A stretch of 64,000 bases of DNA from the human T2T-CHM13v2.0 reference genome, Homo sapiens, in NCBI RefSeq assembly GCF_009914755.1, contig NC_060926.1; one strand, 5' to 3'. The notes beneath the pieces are model-generated. The model saw nothing but the letters and a program-made list of their open reading frames with translations, searched no databases and was not told the origin of the DNA. This document shows, one piece after another, positions 31,020 through 43,089 of this stretch. A program made the position numbers and the translations under genes. Numbering within the stretch: the first letter of the stretch is position 1; each line of letters begins with the position of its first letter.

Positions 31020-31477
31020 AACACAACTATATTTTTTAATGTTAATGAAGACTAGTAGAAAAAAATGGGCAGAAAATTTCCCTTTTATCTAAAGAACAAG
31101 GGACTCTTACACTACATTTAAGTTAAGAAAGGGGGTGGAAAAATAGCTTGGAATTTTTTTAATGTAAAATAAAATTTTAGAAGATCTGTGACTGTATCAC
31201 ATATAATAAATGTAAATTGAGTCACAATTGGATTAAAAATCCAATTATGATGCTTAAAATAGACAAAAATCAAAATGACGTAAAAGAAGAAAGCTTAAGA
31301 AGAAAGAGAATGAGCATCACACCAGGGAAATGGAAACAGAAAGAAGGCAGGACCAGATTTCTTATCACACAGTAAAATTTAAGACAAAAATAAAAATACA
31401 ATGAGACAAAGCAGGTCTGGAAATATGGAAGATTCACCCCACAATGGAGAGTCAAGGGTCACAACATTTGTGTCACA

Positions 31478-31580
31478 GAGGATAACCAGTCATCCCCATT
31501 TGCCTGGCACTGTCCCAGCTTTAGCACTGAAAATCCCTCATCCCAGAAAACCCATCAGTCCTGGGCAATCAGGGCCCTGA
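31478..31580. mobile_element. MER81-like hAT MITE
   Basis: TTTGCCTGGCACTGTCCCAGCTTTAGCACTGAAAATCCC matches the recalled MER81 core. Confidence 0.6.
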
Positions 31581-31727
31581 GTAATACAGCATCAAATATA
31601 ACTATGTAAAAACATATAAAATATACACAAATACATGTTTATATATATAATTACATAATTATATATCAAATAAATATATAAATATAACTATATTATATGG
31701 ATTTAAAGGGCATGCTAAAGGACATAG

Positions 31728-32093
<366 letters not shown>

Positions 32094-32885
32094 TGACAGA
32101 TCACTTAGGTACAAAGAAAAGTTTAAAATAAATTTGAATAACATAATCAATAAACTCATTTAAATCTATACAACTGAAGTTTAGACTCCACAGAGGATAC
32201 ACTTTCTCTTCATCTCTTTCAGTAACATTGGCAAAGCTTTCCTATGTAGTTTATCTTGGAAGACAGACCGGGATGAAATCTTTACTAAAAGCCTGCCATT
32301 CCATGAGTGCTCTTCGAGTTTGGAAGATTTGGTGGTGGTTGTCATTGAAGACAGGCAGTTTTTCATATTATTGCTTTAAAATTCTTTCAGGCTAAAATTG
32401 TAGCAGCCAATGTATGTGGAGTCAAATATTGTGGCTGCAATCTCTTCTAAAGATTCAAATTTCTATTCCAAGAATCTGTGTGTGTCCCTGTACATAGTTC
32501 AAAATGCTTAAACTATATAAACATCCCTTTTGGCAGAAAAAATTTCTCATGACCTCATGGTTGACCTAAGTCACTTTTATTAAAATGTAACTTAAATATG
32601 TATACTCATAAATACCAGTTCTAAACACCTATGCTTTACAGCTTTTATATTATTAAAATGCCAAAACAATGTACAAATACAACTATCCACTTTAAAATAT
32701 CAAAGTAATAAAATTAATTTATTGCAATAGGTAAGTCTTTCACATGTAACAACTCATTCTTATAATATCACCATGCAATCAATGCCATATATTTATTCCT
32801 ATATTATTATAGGAAATTGAGCAGGAGAGAGGTTGAATAACTTGCCTAAACTCTCACAGCTAGTAAGTAGAAAAATAATTTTTGA

Positions 32886-33281
<396 letters not shown>

Positions 33282-33687
33282 TAAATATGCATTAAATGAA
33301 GATCTAATTCAAATATTGTTAAAATCCACAACAGCAACTTTTCTGTTGTGTTTTTACTACATCTGCTGCTAATAAATTGCTGCAAACTTGATCCATACAA
33401 AGATGAACTGGCGTGAGATCTTCAATCCCTGCCAATAGAGCAGTGGTCGCCAGGAGCTGTTCTTTTGGAGTTGGCAAGTTGTGTGTGTCCTGTGTAGACT
33501 CACTCTCTCCACTATTCCAACTCCCCTTCCCTTCACCCAGGCTGTGGCTGGAGCCACCAGGCCTGCCCATGGCTCAAATGGAAAGATACAAAGGCAAACG
33601 CAGACTCCAGCATCAGTTTCAGCCTTGCCATCAAGATGATCCAGAACACATTTTTACTGCTAATTATTTATGATTATCACTGGAATA

Positions 33688-33871
33688 GGCCAGGCATAGT
33701 GGCTCATGCCTGTAGTCACAGCTACTCAGGAGGGAGAGGTGGGAGGATCGCTTGAGCCCAGGAGGTCCCGGCTACAGGGAACTATGATCATGCCACTGCA
33801 TTCCAGCCTGGGTAACAGAGCAAGATCCCTACTCAAACAGTCTGGGTGACAGAGCAAGATTCCGCAAAAAA
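33688..33871 (+). mobile_element. Alu monomer (FRAM/FAM-like) with duplicated 3' end
   Basis: Single right-arm-type monomer. TSD GATTATCACTGGAATA at 33672-33687 and 33872-33887. Confidence 0.85.
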
Positions 33872-34072
33872 GATTATCACTGGAATAAAACCACTAATGT
33901 CAGAGAATACACAGATCTTTCAAAATACGTATATCTTCAGAACCCCAGGGGGCTGAGAGACCTGTGGCATGATATCATTAGCTCATGCTGAGGGCCATTG
34001 TGAAAAACAACCCTATGAAACTTGTCCTTGTGTCTGATGAGGAGGTGATCGAAGGCATCATTTCAAACACTA

Positions 34073-34447
<375 letters not shown>

Positions 34448-36199
34448 TTATGTTCTGGCCATATAATGTTTTGTGTTTTGTGTTTTTCCCACATAGCTGT
34501 TATCACAATTTGTAATTATATATTCATTTGAGAGATTTCTTGATGAGTGTCCATTTCTTGCATTTGTCTTTAAGCGCCCATTAGACACAGACCACGTCTA
34601 TCTGCTTTATCCCTTTGTTCCCAGTACGTCTTACAGAACCTGGCACGTAGTAAGTCCTCACTGAATGTTTGTTGAGTGAAGAAGTGTGTGAATGAGTTTA
34701 ACAAATAAATAAAACATATAAGCCATGGGTTCGTCAATTTCTTTTTTGCTTATGCTGCAAGAAAGTTTAGAGCTGTTTTTGTTTCCTGCCCGTAGCCATT
34801 GTAGAAGGTCTCATGCTCATGTTTTTGTATCAGCCTCACGCTTAAGACCATTTTATGACTCCACCCTTAGTGTCCTTTTTTCTTTCCCAACTACTTCCAA
34901 GTTAGGCTGCCTTGCCATATTTATGAATCCCTGTAAACTATCTTAAATCCCTTGTGGAAGAGGTGGTAATAAATAAATATATCTACTAGTCTTTTTTATA
35001 TATATTTAAAATCTTAACACTAAACCCACTGCCAGCAAACACATTTGCTCAACTGTTAACCTTAAGAATAGCTGAGATTTGCTAATTCCAACACTATACT
35101 AATATTTAAAACAAATTCAATCCAAGCCTAGAAACCACAGCATATCATGTCAGGCATTGTTGTACATTGTGTATATGACAAGCATATTTCTAATAAGGCT
35201 AGGCAATTTGGTGGACAAGAAAGAACATAGGGCTTACTACAAAATTCTTATGGATTTTGGATCAAAGAATAATTTATCTTTAGTGGTTTTTCAAAATGTG
35301 TTGACATCATACCAATAATGAAAACTTTGCTTTTACTTGTGCCCTATGCAGGGAGGAGTAGGGAAGAAAGGCTGGGCAAGATCCTGATCTATAGGAGAAA
35401 AGTCTCTACAGAGAAAAGTTTGATCACATTACACAATTAAAGTAGAACCTTATAAAGTAAAAATATTAAATGGTCTAAACCCCCCTTTTAAGTCTCTAAC
35501 ATATATTATTCATATGCTAATGGAGATATTATTTGCAAGTCTGAAACGTCATAGTTCTCTTCTTTGGTCAGATTCATTTAAAACACTTTTACTTCAAATG
35601 CTGACTTGCTATTTTTCTCTTAAAACGGAACATAATTTTCTAATGCCATTAATGAGAACACCCCTCACTGCACAAGTTAAACATCTCAGGAATCCCAGCT
35701 AGATCCACAAACTAGACATGAAAGCAGTTGCTTGCACCCTCTCCAATCCCTTTGCTTCTGCCAGGATGCCAGACCAACCACTCCTTTTGGGTTACTCGGG
35801 AAGCACGAAATGTGCATTTAGGAAACTGAGATTTGATTTCTATTATCGATAAAGCTCATCTGAGTCAGTTGAATCTTAGACGACAAACAGCAAGAGGGAA
35901 GAGTGGGTGTAAGGAAACAGATGGGTATTAATCATGTGTCAGAGATAAATGACAGTTTTTTAAAGAATTTGATAGGGTGTGGGCTGGAGCTTGCTTTTTT
36001 ATTTTCTATTTCTATTTCCTATTTTCTATTTTTAGTTTTGGGCAAGAGATGGAGATTAGGGGTGAGAAAAGGAAGGAAGAGAAAAGGCAAGACAATAGGC
36101 CAGACCCGAGAGCCTGATCTGCATCCTAAAGCAGTCTGCCCCTCCCTCCCTTCCCCCCAACACCAGGTAGGCTGTGGTGTGATTTAAAAATAAGCAGAC

Positions 36200-37530
36200 A
36201 CCGACTCCCGCCTCCGGGACCGGGGATGGCCTCCGCCCCGGCTGCAGAAAGGGAGGGGAGGCAGGGAGAGGAGAGGGAAGATGGAAGAAACAGACTGGCA
36301 AGACCCCCTCGGGTACAGTGGGATTTTTCCCTCCAAAGTGGTGGAGCCGCATAAAATCAAAACCCACGAGGCCCGCTCACGTGCCGGTTGCCCCGATCTC
36401 AATGTAGGCGGCTGCCGACGCCGCACCTGCTCGGCCGGCCACTGCGGCTGAGCGCCGCGCAGCCAGCGATCGCGAGGCCCCGGGGGACGCGCCCAGCCCC
36501 GCCAAGCCCGCCTCGCACCGCTACCCCGGAGGGCGGCGGCCGAGCGGGAAGGAAAGAGAGGGGAGGGGAGGGAGGGGAGGGGAGGAGCGGCCCCGCCCGG
36601 CTAGGCGAGGCGAGGCTTGCCGCCCCTCCATTCGGACCCAAAAGAAAGCCCCACCTGTCAGGCGTTACGCTCCGGGCGAGGGTCCCACCATCCCCAAGCA
36701 GGGGCCAGTGCTTGCAGCCCCGATTTCCTAAGAGCCTCGGATGCTACATCATCACCAGAAACCTTTAGGCGCAAAACACACCGCTGCCGGCCAGGGCTGC
36801 AGCACCGACGCGCTCGGCAACAGACGCGCCCCACCTGGGCCAAGCGGCTCCCGCCCGGCCGAGGGATGCCAGGGTCTCCGCGCCAGGAGACCAGCGACCC
36901 CAGGCAGCCCACCAGGCCCGCTCCCCAGACCCTTACCTCCTGCGCGGCATCTTAGCTATCTCCGGTCGGCCACTGCGGGTTGGTTTTGTTATTTTATGGG
37001 TTTGGGGGGTGGGGTGCGCTTAAAAAATCCACCCAGCTAATCTGCAGGGCAGCGTTTTCTGCCCATGCTGCAGCCCGCGCTCGTCAGAGCTGCTGGGAGA
37101 TCCCCCAGCAGTGCAGCGGCTCCGCGGCGGCGGGGATGACTGGCCACCGACGCCGCAGTTCCTTGACAAAAGGCTCGGGTTCCCGCTAGTCCCTCACAGC
37201 CCTGCCGTCAGAATTAAAGCCATTTCCCGCACGAGGCTGGGAGGAAATGAGAGCTCTCCTGGCCCTGCGCGCTGACAAAAGGCCGCTGCGCGGTGCCCAC
37301 AGCGCCCCCTCCAGCAGGCCGCGCCGGCCGCCCGAGGGCCGCGGTGCTGCAGTGCCCCCGCCCGCAGCGCCCCCCACCGCCCCGCAGCGGCCTCGCCCCG
37401 CAGCACCCCCACTACCGCCCCGCAGCGCCCCCCTCCTCCCCGCAGCGCCCCCGCCCGCGCCGCCGCAGACCCCCCTAGCCAGGCTTCCAGCCCCCTTCCA
37501 CCCCCGCCCCGCACCACTCACTACCCGGGA
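36200..37530. promoter_or_regulatory. ADD2: CpG island, ADD2 promoter
   Basis: Very high GC and CpG content, GC boxes and G-runs. The many overlapping GC-rich spurious ORFs are typical of an island. Confidence 0.85.
36937..37250 (-). other. ADD2: ADD2 (beta-adducin) first, essentially non-coding exon; 5' boundary approximate
   Basis: Strong donor GAG|GTAAGG at 36936 inside a CpG island. The exon end ...GGAGATAGCTAAGATGCCGCGCAGGAG matches the recalled ADD2 5'UTR, and ADD2 is the known downstream neighbour of FIGLA. The TSS cannot be read from sequence. Confidence 0.75.
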
Positions 37531-39095
37531 TGGCCAGAGCTAAGCAGGGGAGTCTGTTACTAGGGAGAAAATCTGAAACAGAGCTCCCTTGGGGGAATGT
37601 ATTCTCCCTGGAAGGAAGAAAGCAAAAGTCTTAGACTTGGAATATTTCTTTTCGTCTGGAAAGGACAGCTAGCCTTCGGAAGATAATTCTATTAGTGATT
37701 TTAATAGCAATTGTTTGACTGAATTCCAAACCAAAATTCTCCCTGTCCTGATTCTCACTCCTTTTCAACCAGGACAACATTTTTGTTGTGGCCCTGCCCT
37801 TGGGGGCTGTGGACCCAACGCTCTCCAACTCTCACTACATTCTCCTCTCACTCCTTTCCTTCCTCAGGTCTCCCGCCCCAGAAGGAACAGGTGTGTAGTG
37901 AGTGGGGAACTGGATAGGGAACCAGAATACTTCGGTTGCCGTCTCAGAGCTGCTCTTAACTAGCTGTGAGACCTTAATCAACCCACTTAACCTCTCTGGG
38001 CCTCGTTGTCTTCCTCTGTAAAATGACAGTGTACCTAAGGCACCTCCCATTTCCAATACTTTCAAGGCCTGGCCCTCAGAGAGTAGGGGTGTTAAGAGAT
38101 AGCTCTGGACTTTTCACCCCCATAATCTCCACCAGTCCCCAAAACTCCCCTCAATCAACATCCTCTCCAAGGGCTTTTGAAAATGTGCTTGTGAAAATGT
38201 ACAGCTTCCAGAAAAGCCTCTGGCCACTGATCTGAAACCTGATCATGGCCCCTCTGCCCTTCCAGGTTCTGGGGCACCACAGCCCTCAGACACCCCCACA
38301 AAAGTCACTGGCCCCCACCACAGTGCTGCTGTGGAACCAGAATCTCTGGAGGTAGGCTCAGGATTGGTAATTTTAACAAGCAGCCCTAGTGATTCCTTTG
38401 CACACTAACACTTTAGAAACACCACTCTGAGAGCTACTACTGATTTAGAAAAGAAAATGCTAACGACAACCCTAGATGCCAGGATAAACTTGTCTTTCTG
38501 CTTCAGCCCCCCTTCCAAGAAACATACATGCATACCTGGTCCCTGCACCCTCCTTCCACACTCAGAGCTTCTCACTCATTCTCATTCAGAATCACCGAGT
38601 CCACAAGACTTCTCCCCATTCTCCTGTCAAAACCTGCTAGAAGAATTACAACAGGCTCAGCCACACAAGATGAAACCCCTTCCCCTCCCCACCCCAGGAC
38701 CTAGGTCTGTCTGGTCAAAGAAGCCAGGACGTGTTATGTTTATTGAGTCATTCCTGGCAGCCATAGCTCTTTTGGTGCTAATGGGTGATGAGATCTGAGA
38801 AACAGGGAACCCCTTCTCCAGAGCTCAGAAGTCACAGGTAAGGTGGGCTCTATATCTTAATAGAACCCCCAAAAAGAATGGAGAATTTTTGTTAGAAATA
38901 GCAGGTTTCATAAGTCACCCCAGTCATTTCCATCCCCCAAAATTTCTCTTCCTAGTGTGTTATTTTGTTTTCTCACATGAATCCTAGCAAACCCTTGTTG
39001 GTTCCTGGCACTGTTCTGAGAGCTTTACATGCATTTTCACATAATCCTTGCAAAAACTCTGTGAGGGTGGTACTATTATCATCCCCATTTTATAG

Positions 39096-39593
<498 letters not shown>

Positions 39594-39666
39594 TGATAAG
39601 ACTAATACATTCTCCTTCCCCCCGGCAAAAAAAAAAATGATTCTGCTCCCCTAGTCATCACAGGAG

Positions 39667-39762
39667 ATACATATATATATTTATGTTTATATATGTATAT
39701 ATTATATATATTACATATACACAATATATATTATATATATTACATATATTTTTATATATATA
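39667..39762. repeat. Degenerate (TA)n microsatellite
   Basis: Directly visible. Confidence 0.9.
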
Positions 39763-40209
39763 TGTCCGGCCTCTCCCAGGGTCTATCTGATACTGCATAC
39801 TGAGAAGGTGGTGCCATCCTGGGACTTTAGGAATTGTCCAAATGTCAGAGAGGAAATAAGACTTCATTAATTCCCATATTCATAGCCTATATGAAATTTT
39901 AATTGAAGTTCCAGAAATTCTCAATTTCAAATTCACTTCAAAATCCAGGAAAAGGAACCACAACTGTAGTTGGCTCCAACTGTCAATGGGAGACCAGGAG
40001 ACTTCAGAGCTCCCACTGCAACAAGCCCAAGATGCCTGGCCCTTAACTGGGGCCAGAAAAACACAAGAGACCCCCATGTCAGACCGGGGAAAAATCACAG
40101 CTGGCTAACCCTCCATGGCCAGATAGTTTAAAATTAGACTCTCTGACTGATTTGCAGTAAAATTTCTCATCTTCCAAGTCTTCTGACAAAAATGTTTCTG
40201 GCCAAGAAT

Positions 40210-40782
40210 AACTAGTAGAGAGAGAAGCTGGCAGTGCAACAGTGAGCCCCATCTCCTGGTATCCATTGCCCTGTGTATTACCCTCTCCTTAGGTGCTGGC
40301 ACGACTGTGGCTCACTTCTAACCGACAGGATAAGGCAAAGATAATGGGATGTTCACTTCCGTGATTACATTACATAAGATTCTTTGTCTTGCTAGCAGAC
40401 TGTCTCAGTTGGCGTCTTGACCTGCATGCTTTCATTAGTAGCCATGTTTGGAAGATCTACATGGCAAGGAACTGAGGGTGACATCCAGCTAATAGCCAGC
40501 TGGAAACTGAGAACTTCAGTCCAAAAAAGTCCTAGAGGAAATGAATCCCACTAACCATCACATAAGTTTAGAGGCTGATCCTCCCCCAGTTAAGCCTTCC
40601 ACTGAGAACCCAGCCCTGGCTGACACCTTGATTTCTGCCTTGTGAGAGACACTGAAGCAGAGGACTCAGTTAAGTCATACCGAGACTCAACTCCTGGCCA
40701 CAGAAACCATGAGATAATAAATGTGTTGTTTTAAGTTGCTTAGTTTGCATTAATTTGTTACACAGCAATAGATAACTAATAC
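40210..40782 (+). mobile_element. MLT1E/F-like LTR
   Basis: ATGGCAAGGAACTGAGGG...AATTTGTTACACAGCAATAGATAACTAATAC. Confidence 0.8.
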
Positions 40783-40789
40783 GGGGGCT

Positions 40790-41150
40790 TAGCACTCTAT
40801 AGGCCCAGGCATGCTTATCAATGGCCTTTTCTAGGGCATGCTGGAAATGCTGGAGAAATCAACACCCCTGGGATCAGCCCTCAACCAATGACCATTAGGA
40901 GTTTGTGGATAAACAGCCTGGCTCCCTCATCCCTGAGAGTTGGGAGAATACCTCAGTGTTCTCCATTGTCTCCCAGAGAGCCTCAGCAGGATTGAGCCCC
41001 AGCTGCCCACAGCAGTAACCTACCTGCTCACTCACGCATCTTTTATGGGCTTTTCTTCCCTATATCACTTTCCCACTCCCTTACAGGTGCCTCCCGGGCT
41101 TGCTTCCCAACTTACACTCAAATCGTAATCTACATTTAGGGGAACCCACT
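40790..41150. mobile_element. LTR16-like ERVL LTR
   Basis: CAGCCCTCAACCAATGAC and CAGCAGGATTGAGCCCCAGCTGCCCACAGCAGTAAC resemble LTR16. Confidence 0.6.
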
Positions 41151-41408
41151 TTAAGATGGGGCAAGGGAAGGAAGACAGTGCTTTCAAAGGAAGACCACTG
41201 ATAAGTTGTAAGTCTAGATGTTCTGAAGATACCCAATAAATGAAAGTTCACCTCTATGGCTGATGCTGCTCTGGAAACAGAAGTGAATTGGGAGTCCAGG
41301 GCCTAGGGCTCCAATCTCAGTCCCAGGGAATGTGTGGACTTAGGAAAGACCCTGACCCCTTATTCTCCCTTACCCAGCTATAAAGTGAGGGTGACAGCAC
41401 TTGCTCTC

Positions 41409-41781
41409 TGTTATGGGCTGAATCTCATCCCCCTCAAATTTATGTGTTGAAGTCCTAGCCCCCAGTGCTCCACAATGTGACTGTATTTGGAGCTAAATCC
41501 TTTAAAAAAGTAATTAAGGTAAAATGATGTCATATATGTGGGCCTTAATCCAGTATGACTGAGGTCCTTATAAGAAATTTGGACACAAACTGGCATAAAG
41601 GGATGACCATATGAGGACACAGCAAGAAGGTGGCCATCTACATACACTCCAAGAAGAAATCATACCTGCCCACACTTTGATCTCAGACTTTGAGCCTCTA
41701 GAATGGTAAGACCACACATTTCTGTGGTTTACCATTACCATCTGGGATGCTTTGTTATGGGAGCCCCAGAAAACTACTACA
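41409..41781 (+). mobile_element. MLT1A-like LTR
   Basis: TGTTATGGGCTGAAT...CCCCTCAAATTTATGTGTTGAAGTCCTA...AAACTACTACA. Confidence 0.8.
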
Positions 41782-42593
41782 TCCTCCACCTGGCCAAGGT
41801 TGTCATGTAGACAAAATGGGACGCCAAGTGAAAGCACTTATGGTCTTATTACCTATTGAGACAGCCAGACAGTGTAACCCCAGCCACACCAGGAAATAAC
41901 CAGAGTGGTTCCAGAGACAAGAGAGCCCCAGACTCCAGTTCCCACCCTCATGTTAGGTCCAGACCTGGAGAGCTGTGGATAGAGCTCTTCATGTTGAGCC
42001 CTGATAACATGTAAGTCCCTCTGGGGGAGGCCTTCCTGTACCCGATGTTAAGTGCACTAGTTCCTCCTACCAGCCCACAAGAATTTTCTTTTATGATCAC
42101 TGCTTGCCCAGCAGGATTTATTATTCTGCAGTTCTTATTCCTAGAAGGTGCTAAAGCTTTCAGAGTCTGTCTTGAAACTTGGAGCTGATGCCTCAGATAG
42201 ACCCAGGGATTTGTTCCTGGTACCATGACTCTCTTACTACCCAATGCCCCTCAGGCAGCTAGACCCAGCAGATGGCTCTCATTCTGATTCTGAGGAATTC
42301 CGCTTAGGGTGTGTACAACTCACATCAGTAAGGGCTTCCTCATCCTTACCCCGAGACCCAGTTCCATTACAATGCCACATTCAAAAGAAATAATCCCACT
42401 GCCAATGCCTTGAAAAGTTCTGCAAGTCATTGAATAGACGGAAAGGAGAGGGAGCAGGGGAAATTCTCTCTCGTCCTCTTTGTTCAATGTAGTCCCACAC
42501 CAGTGGAAGTTATCCCAGGAATTCCTAACCCTTCTCCTACCTTCCAGAGCTTTTCTTCTGTAGGTAGCTCTCTTTCCTCTCTAATAAAGATGG

Positions 42594-42962
42594 TGATATG
42601 GTTTGGCTGTGTCCCCACCCAAATCTCATCCTGAATTGTAGCTCCCATAATTCCCACTTGTGGGAGAGACCCAGTGGGAGATAACTGAATCATGGGAGTG
42701 GTTTCTCCAATACTGTTCTCATGGTAGTGAATAAGTCCCATGAGATCTGATGGTTTTGTAAGGGGTTTCCCCTTTTGCTCGGTTCTCATTCTTTCTTTCC
42801 TGCCACCATGTAAAACGTCCCTTTGCTCTTCCTCCATCTTCCACCAGGACTGTGAGGCCTCCCAGGCCATGTGGAACTGTGAGTCCATTAAACCTCTTTT
42901 CCTTTATAAATTACCCAGTCTTGGGTATGTCTTTATTAGCAGCATGAGAACAAACTAATACA
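42594..42962 (+). mobile_element. THE1 solo LTR
   Basis: TGATATGGTTTGGCTGTGTCCCCACCCAAATCTCATC...AACTAATACA. Confidence 0.92.
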
Positions 42963-43089
42963 GCTAGTCTCAACTTCTGTTCTCCTTCCTTCTCTTCATT
43001 TACACCATTCCCCCTGATGAAGACAAGGGACCCAAAGCCCAGTAGACAAGCAAACAAAGCTACTCTTTAAGGTGGGGGAAGGAAAAAGG

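Noticed and set aside
37331-37352. RE1/REST-like site near the ADD2 promoter
   Set aside because: Only the left half (CAGCACC.CGG) matches; the GGACAG core is broken.
36184-37543. Many Pro/Arg/Gly/Ala-rich ORFs on both strands
   Set aside because: Expected from stop-codon scarcity in a CpG island; no recognisable domain.
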